Of a DNA stretch of 64,000 bases, positions 48,285-61,613 are shown piece by piece. Below the pieces are notes generated by a model. It was not told where the DNA came from, searched no databases, and was given only the letters and a program-made list of their open reading frames with translations. Source of the DNA: Azolla caroliniana. Its lineage: Eukaryota; Plantae; Polypodiophyta. Made by a program: the position numbers and the translations under genes. The stretch is from positions 10,850,001-10,914,000 of the forward strand of contig JBHGNT010000013.1 of NCBI GenBank assembly GCA_043228905.1, read 5' to 3'. The stretch's first letter is position 1. Every line of letters begins with the position of its first letter.

Positions 48285-48938
48285 TAGGAATGGGCCCGAT
48301 TCGGTTCAGTTTCTTGGCCTTGAAACCAAACCAAACCATTTATTTATAATAAAAACCAAATCAAACCGTTTACGGAAATTTTAGAACCAAACCAAACCGA
48401 TTTATCATAAATCAAAACCAAACCAAATCATTTTTTTGAGATATTGATTATCATACATGTTATGAATCTATGTGAGAAAATCATTATAAATTTGGTCATC
48501 ATATTTATCATAAATTTGATAATCATATATCAAAAGGACACTCTACTTAGAGTGTAGAGTGTATATAAAATTTAATAAGTTAGAGCGTAGAGGTTTAAAA
48601 TTAAAAGTTGAAAGTTAGCCTACAGGGATTTGTATATACTAATCTCATATGTAAAATTTTATAACTAATGGAAGGAGTATTTTTTGGAAAAAGAAAAAGA
48701 AAGAAAGTTAGCTTAGAGGTAAAAATTTAGGAATATTTTTTAACTTATAAACCTTTAAACCAAACGACATAAACCGAAATAGCTAAACAACTAAACCATG
48801 AAATTCAAAACCGAACCGAACCGAAAACCGGATAATAATATTTGAAACCAAACCAAATGGTTTATTTATTTTTGAACAAATAAACCGTTAAGCCACAATG
48901 GTTCTATTCGGTTTGAGCCAAAACTAGGCCCATTGCTA
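48285..48938. mobile_element. hAT-type MITE
   Basis: TIR TAGGAATGGGCC / GGCCCATTGCTA, perfect 8-bp TSD ATCCCATC, and AAACCG/AAACCA subterminal repeats. Confidence 0.92.
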
Positions 48939-49262
48939 ATCCCATCTACTTGCGTTGCCTTTTATGAGGCTGTGCTATCATTATTATCTCAAAATGTTTT
49001 CTTCTTCCCCAAAAAAACTCCTTCCATTAGTTATAAAGATTTTATTGATGAGGTTATTATATACACTCCCTATAGAGACACGATAGGTCCATCTTATGTG
49101 GATTCCTACTACCTCAAGAAAGGGAGAGGACGACCATTGTTGGATAAAGGCCAATCGTTGTCTTTCAACTCTATTGGAGTCGCCCTTGAGGCGATCATAT
49201 TGGCTGTTTAGAGTGGCTACAACTTCACTCCATATCTCTTGCATTAACATTATTGGTTGCGT

Positions 49263-49974
49263 TGTCGTGCCTTTCGGTGCCGGATCGTTTGCGTGAGTCG
49301 TATGGGAACTGCTGAGGTTTTGGACTAGGAGAAAGAAGAATATGAGATAATGTTAGTTAGGAAGAGATTGTAAGAAGAAGATATGAAACTCATGAATCCC
49401 ACGAGTATAATGTATTAATGGGTAATTAGATTGTAAGAGAGAATTAGATGGTAAAATCGTGAATCCCACGAATATTTTGTATTAATCAATCCTTCTAAAA
49501 AAAAATCAACGACGACTATACATCTTTCTCTCTTCCTTATATAGTGTTGGAAGAGTCTAAGGTTATCACATGCAAGCATCATGCTTTTCCTAACTTTAGT
49601 TTTCATGCACAGTGCATTTGCATGATTAGCTTTCTATCCCATCTTTTCTTTTAACTCGAGTGTGTATGCATGAATAACTTTTTGTACCATGCATATCTAG
49701 AATATTTACATGGGATAAAGTTTAGTATAACTTTAAAATTCATAATATGCTAGTATAGTGGTAAAGCTTAAAAATCGTTTACATGGAGGTACATGGTTCG
49801 AATCCTGTCCTATGGATGTAACAATCTTTTCTTCTATTTACAAATTTGTCTCTTCATCCAGTGAGAGATTCTCACCGACCTTCTTTATCCGGCTCTTGCC
49901 GGTTCTCCTTACCAATTCCATCCGAAGGGACAAAAAATGTAATTTTCACGTAGTGTGCGCATTACACTACGACA
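49263..49974 (-). mobile_element. gypsy-type solo LTR with antisense tRNA-like cassette
   Basis: TGTCG..CGACA ends, with both termini homologous to 60886-61613. CACTATATAAGG on the minus strand near 49540. TSD is degenerate. Confidence 0.85.
49744..49812 (+). promoter_or_regulatory. tRNA-like Pol III A/B-box cassette
   Basis: A-box TAGTATAGTGG starts at 49751. GGAGGTACATGGTTCGAATCC has G53 at 49796, a spacing of 45. A T4 run lies at 49827-49830. Confidence 0.75.
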
Positions 49975-51744
49975 ATGCGCTTTGGTTGGAGAAGACCCGT
50001 CTACACCGTTGTTTCCATAGAATCCAAAGACTTATTGGGTTGACCAAGTCCATCACAACTTGAGATTTGGCACTAATAGGAGTTGAGTGGATATTGTTGA
50101 TGGTGGAGAAAAAAATTTCTTGTGCTTTTATAACCAACGTCATCCCCTCTTCCTGATGCTCATAGCTGTCAATTGGGGCTTGCCATGATAGTCAACATAC
50201 ATTCCCCCACTTGATTAAGCCTTGCACTTGACATAATTGCAATTAGCAGCTAACCCCCCACCATATTCGATGGGACTCTAGGCAGTCCCATAGAGCATGT
50301 CGTATGGATTCTAATACAGTTGGACACGCTACACAATTAGGAGAGCTGAGGTTCCCACGTTGCCATGCACCAACCGATAGTGACTTATGTATTAATAGCC
50401 ATTGGAAAGTGGTGATTCGCCTCGCGTGTTGTTGTTTCCAGAGTTTCTGCCAAAACTTGGTGATAATTGTGTAAGGAACATGATATGTGTGCCAAACCTT
50501 TGTAGTAGCCGACTCTTGGGCAGATTGAGCGGCTATAATATGGTGACCCAATCTAGTTGTGAATTGAAAGAAAGGGATAGGTTTGCTTCCTTGCCCCGCG
50601 TAAGGATCACACCATGTCCATTGCAAAGGGTCCCAACTGATCTTACGTAGCCATGTATTTTCATGAGTACATATGTGCCAATTTGGTTGTACTTTGATCG
50701 GATAAGGATCTACAATCCAGTTATGCCCAATATATGATAGTACTCGAATTGCCTTATGTTGTGTTGATGTCTCGTTGTCCTACAATTCAGAACCTTCGAT
50801 CCTGTCCGGTGTGTCCCTACCTCTTGGGATGAAAGAGCCCTCGTCCTTGTAGCCTATCCATTTCTCCGTTGTCGTCATTTGATGAGCAACTTCTCTAATA
50901 AGTAGAGCGCTAATGATTTTAGATATCGTAGCCCATCCGCCCCTGATTCCATGGAGGATGTTGGCTTGGTCTTGAATTGGCAATGACATAAACCGTCTCC
51001 AACATTCTATACTTTTTACTGGACCTTCCAACATGTATCCCCATGACAACCCCTTACTTGATCCAATTAGTTGATTAGATTCATCCCTAATATATGGGTT
51101 CCATAGGATACGTTGATTGAGCCAGGCAGGTTCGGAATTGGGTTGATCGCACTTGGGTCCTCGTCTAAGCTATTGTTTTAACATAAAAAATGTTACTAAC
51201 TGTTAGAGTGATAATGTTAAAATTGAAACATGAATGCCTTTTAATTGTTGTGTTTGGGTTCCCTTTATTTTAATATTGCCTTTTTATTAGGAAATGCAAT
51301 CATTTTCAATCCTTAGGTTGTGAAAACCATAAAGCTGTTTTTGACGAAAAATGCATTAGTTAATAGTTTGTTGGATTATGACGTTGCCATTGTTATTTTC
51401 ATATTCCATTCATATTCACTAACAAATGGGATCATTTTTAAACCTCAGTCGTGGAAAATGTATTTGTAGGACATTTTCGAAGAAACATGTCAATGAAATA
51501 TTTTGAGCATAATGATCTCAAACTAAAGAATCAAATAAACAACATCGTCTTATATTAGGCAAGGTGATTGTTTTGAACCCTTGGGTTGTGGGAAATGATT
51601 TTGCTAAACTTGTTTTCCATAATGGTCTAAAAAAGAATACAAAATGCTTTTTATAATCTATTTACAATAAACATTGCATTAGCCCCATCACTTCATATAC
51701 TTGGACTGATGACCTCAAGTTAATATAAATCATATGTGTTATTT

Positions 51745-52560
51745 TTTCCCAAAAAGAAGTTACTTTCCCATTAATTAGGAGAGATTATTACAGAAAGACT
51801 ATACAAGGTGGTTTATAGATAAATTGGGGAATCACCCTCCGACTAAGTTCAAGAATATGAGACTACATACATATCTTTTCAAACTAATTACTTAATGTAA
51901 GTAGGTACTTCATCACCGGTCAGTACAAGCCAGATCTTATGGCCTATAACGAAGGGAGGGTGGGAGGTGAGTAGGAAACAACCAATGTGGGGGCTGGTAG
52001 TTCCTTCCACCTTGGGCCGTTTCCTCCTTGCGTCATCATCGGTGTGTTCCGTCATTTTTGCCAGAAGCGCAAACGGGTAGTGACCTCATTGTTGGAGTGA
52101 CCGTAAACCTCGTCCAATTACCCTTGTAGGCAGTTGATAACCATGAACTATATATCCATGATCAATTCCTCTAGGGCTTACCAGATCTTGGAAGACCTTT
52201 AGGCATCGTGCTTTCCATATATACCACAGGGTGAAGCCCACGATCAATATTCAAATCTCCTAGAACCGAGGGGATGCGGTCTTCAAGCCTCTATCAAATT
52301 GGGTCTTGACGAGTTTACCTCTTGTGCATTCATTGCACCAATTGTCTACATTGAAGGTGCTCGTCTAGCTATCAACCGCGAGATCGATTCAAGCCGCCGC
52401 GCTCTACGATGTTGTTCCTTCCACTTTGCAGGCAGCTAGGAGGCGAGCCAATCTGTCCCATACCCTCTAAGTGTCACGACAGGCACACTGAGCTTGAGGG
52501 CAATCCCACAAATAGTGTCTCAGAGTCTCAATAGGTGAAGAATAGATTCGTCAAGCTATC
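51745..52560 (-). mobile_element. L1-like LINE 3' fragment
   Basis: The minus strand reads LIVGFTLWYIWKARCLKVF near 52190-52250, followed by a 3' region with an A-rich end. Confidence 0.7.
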
Positions 52561-53095
52561 AGTCCTATAAATCATAATCGTTGGCACTTCACCATCACAT
52601 TTACACATTTTATCATGGCACTATACATTTTAATGAACCTTTACAATCATATTGCAACACCTTTAGATTATGGGTTAGTGAATAATGTATTGTTTTAGTG
52701 AAAATGATCAATAAACTATTCTTGGTTAGAAGATATAATCGAATCGTGTAAGAGCTTGATTGGGTTACCCTATCAACTTGAGTGTTGGGTATTATTAAAT
52801 AAATTCTTCGAAGGATTGGTTGTATGATAGTTGTATGTTCACATAAATTGTATTATGTTACTTTTTGTTGTAAGAAAGTACTTGAAACGAGAGCAATCAA
52901 GTTGTTTAACAAACTAAAAACGGTTCTTGAAAGAAAGCCCATTTGATTGTAAACAAAAAATATCATTAGATAAAGTAAGGAACTTGGTTGAATGTTTTTT
53001 TTTCCATGTTTAGGTTTAGGGTTATTTTCATGTTATTTTACGAAACCATGCACAATCAAGTCTAAACAACTACTTTTCCAAATGCCATCACGAAA

Positions 53096-53326
53096 TGTGG
53101 GGTTTGAAAGCATGTTCTTTTCGGTCTCCATAAAAAACCTTAGCAATTGAGCTACATCCATTTGGGCTAGTTTTTTATTTGTCTTTTTATTTTTCTTATT
53201 GGGATCATAATGTAGTGATATTTCATTCTTTTATTAACTCGCTTTCTAGATTCCACTTTCGAATGTAGGGGTTAAATACACCACCTCAGGGTCTCTACTT
53301 TACAAGCTTAACAATTGAGCTACATG
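53096..53326 (-). other. two highly degenerate tRNA-derived (SINE-head-like) motifs
   Basis: TGTAGCTCAATTG A-boxes with T8 at 53154 and 53322. Each has a decayed B-box (TTTCAAACC, ATTTAACCC) 45 nt downstream. Confidence 0.4.
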
Positions 53327-53819
53327 AGGGCACTCAATATCTCTCTTTCTTTGAAGTTTCCCCCATTGTATCACCCAATGCACCAATCTCATACAACTCC
53401 ACACTAGCCACCACCATCCATGCCCTGAAGGCACTTACATTTACTACATGTTTGAGCATAGGAGGAAACTTGTAACAAAGTTGGTACCTCACTAGAAGAG
53501 ACTCTTTTTAGTTGTAACACATTTGTTAGTCCCATAAGTCCTATTGTTTAGCTAATTGAGGACATTAATAGATTGTTGTCTTCACTTTAACATTGAGTAC
53601 CCAAGTCCAATAGCATGAGCAAAATCAAAATTTGATATTTTAATTCAATAGGTTTGGCTCTTATAGTTGATGTGGCATGAAATTTTATTACTCTAGATTT
53701 AGATTAAACTCCCTATTTATAATGCTAGCCAACCTATTCATTTATGATGATCCAACTAGTACGAGCTCATTGTCATTAACATGACCACTTGATAACATGT
53801 AAGTGAGGTTGGTTCATGA

Positions 53820-54200
53820 TTATGGACGAGGTTTGTGGCCACTCTGACGACGTGGTCACTACCTGCTTATGCTTTTGGTAGAAATGGAGGAACATACAGA
53901 TGGTGACACAAGGAGGAAACAACTCGAGGTGGAACTAGCAAACCCCATGCTAGCTGTTTCCTACTCACCTCCCACCCTCCCTCCATTGAAGACCAGAGGA
54001 TCGGGCTCGTGTTGGTTGGCGATGATTGCCACTAGTTTATAGCTCTAGATACCTAATTACATTAAGTAGAAAGTAAGAAAGGATATGTACGTAGTCTCAT
54101 ATTCTTGAACTCAAGTAGAGGGTGATTCCTCGACTTAATATATACTTACTTGTATAGTTTTTTTGTAAAAATCTCTCCTAATTAATGGGAAAGTAGCTCC
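53820..54200 (+). mobile_element. second copy of the same L1-like 3' end in opposite orientation
   Basis: Diverged inverted homology to 51755-52120, for example TGTTTCCTACTCACCTCCCACCCTCCCT and TCTCTCCTAATTAATGGGAAAGTA. Confidence 0.7.
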
Positions 54201-55679
54201 ATATAGTTGTATTATAAAAATAAACCTTCCACATAGTTGGAAAAAAACTCCTTGTGAGCAAATGGCTTATGGTTATAAATACCTTCTATATAGTTGTATT
54301 AATGTTTTATGCTTATTGAATTTAGTTCATAAAACAAGTTAATTACCAAACAGGAATAGAAAAATTTCAATGATAAACATTGACGTCATAATATGATTGA
54401 CAAAAATGAAAAAAGGAAGCAATAATGACAATGGCATAAATACTTTGTAGAGCCATGCGATAATTGATTTGAAAGAATCAATGCACATTTCACCAAAAAG
54501 AAACAAGTATGTATCCATACATTGGAATTGATGTGGGTATTCTAATACAATTTATTTCCCAAATGTAGATTGCCATTATCCGCCCATGGGAAAGAATGAC
54601 ACAGAGTTCTAACATGAAAGTTCCACAAATTCATGTATTTGCATGTGATCCTTCTAGATATTCATGATGGCTCTAAATTTCTTGGATCAGTGTCTAAGAT
54701 CTCATTACGAATGCCCCCATGCCCTTAGTCTTGAGAACATATTGATCAATGATAACCAACAAAGGTGAAGGTACATAGTAGTTGTGATGATACATACCAT
54801 CAAAAAGTACATTAATGAGTATATGTGATAGTATTTGTATTGGTAACATACCTATATGTATACATTTTCATGTGTTTAATCATTAGCTATCGCCATCATA
54901 CACTAGATTACACTCAATCCCAACACAAATAATATGTCAAGGCACTCTAGAACATCTACCACAACACAAAATGCATGCACGTGATTATATATAGATAATA
55001 GATCACATTGCAACCAATTATATATCATTAGATTTCGAAGTAATGCGTATCCAAAATAAAAATATAAGAACAATCCAACATGCGTTTACAAATCCATGGG
55101 TTATGAAGGATCATACGAAGGAAATTATGAAAATAGTGGATATAATTTATTAGTGTCTCTACTTCAACATTTAAGAGGACATCATACTTGAGGAACAATA
55201 AATGATATCGTATGTGATCCAAATTGAGGAGCAACACTATGTACTTGCTCGATCGATATTCTTAGCATTTTTCAAGTCTATTGAAGAGAACAAAGTTGAA
55301 TTTTTTTCTTCGACCACATTTACGACTTCATTGAGACTCTAAGATATCCAAAACAAATGTGGTACATCTACTAGGAACAAAGGCAACGTTGGGCCCAACA
55401 TCAATCCCTTCAAACCATGTCAATAATTGCTATCAAGCATTACTTTTGAAGACTTCTAAGCTAAAAAACACAACAACTCTTGACAATTCTAACATTAGTA
55501 AATTCATAACTATTCTTCACTCTTTTTTTTTTGCAAGGTTCTCAGCTTGAATGTCAATCCAAGAGTCGTTAACAGCTCCTTTTATAGGAATATATTGGAC
55601 GCTTTCAAATGTTAATTATGTTTTTTCTTTAAAATATTGATTTATTTTCCCCTTTTCTTCTTCTAGTAGAAGGAAGCTG

Positions 55680-56181
55680 TAACAATCGGCAACGGTTCGG
55701 TTTGAGAGGGTCCAAACCGAACCGTTAAATTTTTTTGAAACTTGAACCAAACTGAACTGAACCGTGAAACCGTGAAACCGAACCGTTTAACATTTTTCAA
55801 ACCGTTAAACCGTAAAAACCGCGGTTTCGGTTTTCAACATAGGTCAAAATTTTAATTATTTAAAATTTACAATATTTCATTATTTTAAAATTTTAAAATT
55901 TTAAAGATGTTCCTAAAATGTGAGAATAAGGGCTAAAAATGAAAAGATTGTTAAAAAACAATTTTTAAAATTTTTAGAATTTTTTTACAATTTTTACAAT
56001 TAAAAAAAAAACAAAAAAAACAAAAACCATTAAACCATTTTAACCGTGGTTTTTGACTGTTGAAACCGAATCGAAACTGAACCGAACCGTTTTAAAAAAG
56101 CCAAACCTGAACCGAACCGAACTGTTGAAACTGCGGTTTCACAGTTAAGTTCGATTCAAACTGAACCGTTGTCGATTGTTA
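55680..56181. mobile_element. hAT-type MITE
   Basis: TIR of about 26 bp, TAACAATCGGCAACGGTTCGGTTTGA. TSD GGAAGCTG/GGAAGCAG matches at 7 of 8 positions. AACCG repeats are present. Confidence 0.9.
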
Positions 56182-56777
56182 GGAAGCAGCTGCTACTTTT
56201 GTTATCATTAAAGTAAATATGTGGTGCACATGTCTTGAGCGATGCCAAAACACAATTTCCTTAAAAAGAAAATCTATTTGAAACGCTTATAGTGAAAATG
56301 CACATAATATCATAAAACAATATCTTCTTCATCAAATGATAGCTATGATAGTAATGGAGGAAATTTAGCATGTAAGAAGAAATGCCCTGGATGCAAACTA
56401 GAAAACCCAATGCTAATCAATAGGAAGGAAAGAAAGAAACAAGGAAGAAACATAAAAAGCTCATAAGTAATTATATTGTACTTAGCATTGTGTCGTGACC
56501 TTGGTAGGATAAGATGCATTTAAATTACACATGAATAACTCCCTTTCTTATAAGCGTACCACGTTATTAAAGGAACTTGCATCAAGCATCAATGTACAAT
56601 AGCCTAAACACACATATTTACACACGTAAACAAAAATAGTATACTTTTAAGCCACATAGACGTGTAAACACACCCAAAGTTGATTAAGTTTTCAAATCAC
56701 ATTGCATATATAGGATCACACACTTTTCACCCACACATACACTAGATTATTCCACATGTAGGTGCAAACTTACTACA

Positions 56778-58837
56778 CACTCCTCAAGTGTGGCATGTCG
56801 AGCCGTTGTAGCCCAAGCATCTTTGAGAAGTGTTGCAACTTGTCTAATCCGAGTGCCTTGGGTGAAAATATCGGCAACCTACCAATCGGTTCGAACGTAC
56901 CTCAGTTCGACATCACCGTTCAGGACCCGCTCAAGCACAAAGTGATAATGCAATTCTATGTGCTTCGTGCGAGCATGGAACACAGGGTTCTTTGCGAGTT
57001 ATATGCTATTGATGTTGTCACAATAGATTGGAATCGGATCGGCAAACACCACTTGCAAATCCTACAACAACTGCATGAGCTATATAGCTTCGCAAGTAGT
57101 GACAATGGTGCCTTGATATTCAGCCTCAGTGCTCGACAAGGCCACTGTCGGATGTTTCTTGTTGCTCCACGCTATCGCCACGATCTTGAGAGAGAACACG
57201 AATCCTGATCTTGAAGGGCAGTCCGTGGCGTCTTCGGCCCAATGGCATCTGTGTAGCCGACTAACTATTTGGCTATGTTGTGCCGATACAGTAAGCCACG
57301 TCCTACGTGCCTCATGTATCACAATATTTGATGCGTGCACTGAAGATGCTCGGTTGTAGGTCTCTGCATGAATTGGCTTATCATGCCGACCGGATAGCTG
57401 AGATCGGGTCGAGTGATCGTTAAGTATATCAGGTTTCCAACAATTTGCCGGAACCATTTCTCATCGCAGGCCACTCTTGAGTCATGTCGAAGCTTCATGT
57501 TTCAATCGAGAGGAGTGGTGGCGGATCGACAATCCATCATTTCGAATTTGTACAACATATTCAAGAAATAATGCCGTTGAGTGAGTAATATGCCATTGGG
57601 GGTGTGGATCACTTCAATCCAGAGGAAGTAATGAAGGTCCCCTAAATCCTTCAGCAAGGTTGGCGTCGGTGACGACTAGGTCGTCCACGTACAACAATAT
57701 GCATAGCGAGCCTTTCTGATCTTTTTGGATGAACAATGATGAGACCTCAAACACCATCTTATGTAGTCATTGCACGATTTTGGAGTTCCAAGCACGTGAG
57801 GTTTGTTTGAGGCCGTAAAGTGACTTCTTTAGTTGGCATATTGCCGACTTGTTCATCTCTGACTGAAACCCAGGGGGTTGGAGCATAAATACCCGCTCTT
57901 CAAGGTTCCCTTGAAGAAACACGTTCTTAATGTCCATTTGATGAAGATGTCATCCCCTTGCCGCTGCCACCGTTAGCACCACGTGAACTGTCGTCATCTT
58001 CGCTACTGGTGCAAAAGTCTCATTGCAGTTGATGCCGTGGTTTTGCGCGTAGCCTTTGGCCACTAATCAAGCCTTGTATTGGTTGACCGAGCCATCGAAA
58101 TTGTATTTTACCTTATATACCCATTTACATCCGATCGTCTTGCAATGTCGGGGAGGGTCAACTAAGTCCCATGTCTCGTTGGCAGCTAATGCCCACATTT
58201 CGTCCTCCATGGCTGATTGCCATTTGGCATCCTATGATGCCTCTACGTAGCTCTTCGACTCGTGGACTTCGGCCACTTTTGTCATGTATGCATAATGATG
58301 CACCATGTACTCATTGTATCCATACTAGATCACTGGGTTCTTGTGGTGAGTTGATCGATGTGATTTCTCGTTGGCTGGTTTCAAGGCCCTCCCAGTTGAT
58401 TCCGACCTCAGCTCTAGAGGTCCGTCTTAGCTCTTGGGCTCGTTGGACTCACTCCGATCTGACGGTCTTTCAATATTTCCATGCTCCGACATCTTCTTCT
58501 TCCCTTTCTCTTTGCGGGCAAGCCGTTTCCTTGGCTTCCTCCGAGGGGATTGTATGGCCGAGTCCTTGTCGCTCGTCAACATGTCAATTGGTTGGCTGTC
58601 ACGATCTAGATCCTCATTCGGCCCACTTAACCGGAATGAAATCTAACTCTCTTCCAGAGTGTCTATTTCTTCTTCTTCCGAGATCATGTCGGTCTCATTG
58701 GCCTCATCAACAATCAACACAGAGTCGTAGGGAGTCGGAGACAGACGGGAGTATCAAAACGCCGATTCGTCAAAGACGACGTCGTGGCTCACTCTCACTT
58801 GCTTCATCCGGGGGTTGTGGCACTTGTACCCCTTCTG
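56778..58837 (-). mobile_element. degenerate copia (INT C-terminus, RT, RNaseH), cut by the copia at 58838
   Basis: QKGYKCHNP..VRVSHDVVFDES, LYVDDLV and AIAWSNKKHPTVALSSTEAEY. PPT-like TTGAGGAGTG near 56780; an LTR probably continues leftward from 56777. Confidence 0.85.
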
Positions 58838-59282
58838 TGTTAGGAATATGTCCCTCCTATGGGAGGAGCCAACTGGTTGAACCAAGAGCCGGCAATCGAA
58901 GACAAGAAGTAGTTGACTAATCAGTTGAGTAAGAGACGAAAGTCGAAGACATGGAGAGTCGACAACATTGCGTAAGAGATCCAAGTCGAAGATACAACCA
59001 ATTGGTCGGGCTGGCTAGAGGGTTTGTTGAGATATCGGTCCCTCTGGATGTGGATCAGAGAAGCCGAGGAAGAATGGATACCCGGAAACTGGATCGGATG
59101 GACCCAAAAGGGGTTTGGCTGGATCCGCATGAACCGTGAAGAGAGACAGATTTGTAAATATGTTTCTTATGGGCCGTTGAGGCCACATTTGTAAATAGCC
59201 CGTAAGTTATATAAGTATAAATATAACTTTGGGCAAATATGATAGTATGTTGTTATCATTCTGTATGAGTTAGTTGTTTTGG

Positions 59283-59342
<60 letters not shown>

Positions 59343-59520
59343 CTTCAGTTGTACCCTTCCTCTCTCATAGTGATAGTTGGAGCCTGTGGGCTGCCGTGGT
59401 TTTTCTCAATTAGGGTTTTCCACACCAACATCCGGTGTCATCTCAATTTGAATGTGTAAGTGTATTGAATCTTCTTTGTTCAATCTTCCATTTACATAGT
59501 GCAATGACCTCGAGCTCTGT

Positions 59521-59573
<53 letters not shown>

Positions 59574-60885
59574 CTTCTGTTGTAACCACCAATAGGTGAG
59601 GATAGAGCTCGAGGTCATTGCCTCTGAGTCTCCCATTGTACCCGTCCTCTCTCATAGTGATAGTTGGAGTCTGTGGGCTCCCATGGTTTTTCCTGATTAG
59701 GGTTTTCCACGCCAACATCCGTTGTTGTCTCGGTTTGATTGTGTAAGTGCATTGAATCTCCTTTGTTCAATCTTCCATTTACATAGTGGAACTCGGTTGC
59801 GGGCCGTGGCTGAGCACTATTCCTATCAATCTGGTATTAGAGGATGGAAGATCCATTCGATGGCATGTTCAAGCTCACCGACTCCAACTACCTATTATGG
59901 AAGTAAGAAATGAGGGACATGTTGGTGGTCAAAGATCTCTAGCTGCCAGTATAGTTCGGAGATACAAAACCAGACAAGATTGGTGCCGCGACCTGGGAGG
60001 TAATGCACATGAAAACAACGACATACATTCGATGCATCATCGACATGAACCTGTACAATAACTTTAATGAAGAAAACAAGGCCAATGAGCTCTAGGAGAA
60101 GATTGGCACAATGTTGGAGAACAAGAACGCCATAAATAGGGTCTCAGTATTCTAGAAGATAGTGAGGCTTTGGTATCAAGACGGCGCCTGCATGATAGAG
60201 CATATACACGCCTTCCAAGGGATGATAAATCAGACTACCTTGCTTGAAGTACCGTTAACCGACGAGGTACTGGCATTGTTATTGCTCAGATCCCTCCCGA
60301 ATAGATGGGAGACGTTGGTTGTCACTTTGGGAAATGCCGAGCCGGAAGGAAAGAACTTATCCCTAGCAAGAGTGAAGTTAAGTTTGCTAAACGAAGAAGC
60401 TCATCGAAAGGACCGGGAATCCGGAACCGATCCAAAGGCCTTGGTTACAGAAGATGAAAATAACCGGGGAAGGGGCCGGAATCAGAGTCCCCAGAACCAG
60501 GAAAAGTCAGGGATGAGGTCAAAGTCAAGGGGGAGGCCCACATGCTTCTATTGTGAGAAACCGCGACACTTCTAGAAGAATTGTAGACACTTCTGGAAGG
60601 AGAAAGGAGGAATCGACAATCCTAATTCTAAGAAGGGTACATACCAGAAGAGTTCAGATAGGAGAGGAACGTCAGCAATCCCGACAAGCGAAGAAGAACT
60701 ACTGCCTATCACCGAGGAGAGCAAGCTACATCTTGTCAGCGATGAAACGATATGGGTGGGCGACTTTGGAGAATCGTTCCATCTGACCCCTGATCGGAAG
60801 TGCTTCGCATCCTACAAAGCCGCTGATCATGGTTGTGTTCGATGGGGAATGAAGGTGTGTGCTGAATTGTCAGCATAGGAGACGT

Positions 60886-61613
60886 TGTCGTGCCTTTCGG
60901 CTCCGGATCGTTGCGTGAGTCGGGTGGGAACCGCTGGGGTTTTGGACTAGGAAGAGGAGAGTTTTAAGGCTAATAAGAATATAAATATGTTGTAAGAAAG
61001 AGTTATAGCAAACTCGTGAATCCCACGAGTGTATTGTATTAGATTAATCAATATGAATATAAGAATATAAACTTCGGTTGAAAGAGAATGATATAGAATT
61101 CTTGTGAATCCCACGAGTATAGTTTATTAATTGGTGTTTTTTAGAAACATATCTAGTTTCCAAATATTTTTCACACACAATTACATTGTGCTTCCCATCC
61201 TTATGTAGTGATGAGGAAGTCTTAGTAATCCATGCTTTTTCTCTAACTATAGACCCTATGCTTTTCCTATAGATAGACTATATGCTTTATCTAAAGTGAT
61301 CATGCTTTTTTCTAACTTGTGCGTTTTTTATCATGCACGCTAGATGTGTATGTGTAGCTTTTTCTTTTGTTATGCGTTTTTCTAATGTTTATCCTAGCGT
61401 GAATTTACGTTTCTATGTGGGACATCTATGCTTTAACACTAATGAAATGCTAGTGTAATGGTAAGACATTACATTATTAACATGGAGGTGCAAGGTTCGA
61501 ATCTTGCCCTATGCATGTTCCATTTATTTTGCTATTTTCTTCTATTTCTTCATTTTTTATTGAATCTAATACTATATACGTTTTTCACGTAGTGTACAAA
61601 ATACACTACGACA
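60886..61613 (-). mobile_element. gypsy-type solo LTR with antisense tRNA-like cassette and 4-bp TSD
   Basis: TGTCG..CGACA ends with TSD ACGT/ACGT. Removing it restores the copia protease sequence GGAGACGTATTGCTG. Confidence 0.93.
61444..61510 (+). promoter_or_regulatory. tRNA-like Pol III A/B-box cassette
   Basis: A-box TAGTGTAATGG starts at 61451. GGAGGTGCAAGGTTCGAATCTTGC has G53 at 61495, a spacing of 44, with a GCAAG/CTTGC stem. A T4 run lies at 61527-61530. Confidence 0.75.

Larger units (their letters stand above)
48947..51170 (-). mobile_element. L1-clade LINE ORF2 C-terminal part (zf-RVT), interrupted by a solo LTR
   Basis: KFWQKLWK..FQWLLIHKSL..CVAC..ESIRHALWDC and LWILWKQRCRRVF, continuing into ..MLMQEIWSEV past the LTR. 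Confidence 0.85.

Noticed and set aside
54300-55500. Possible decayed DNA-transposase or gene fragments (also 46400-48250 and 11350-12500)
   Set aside because: No motif could be recognised with confidence by eye; a translated homology search is needed.
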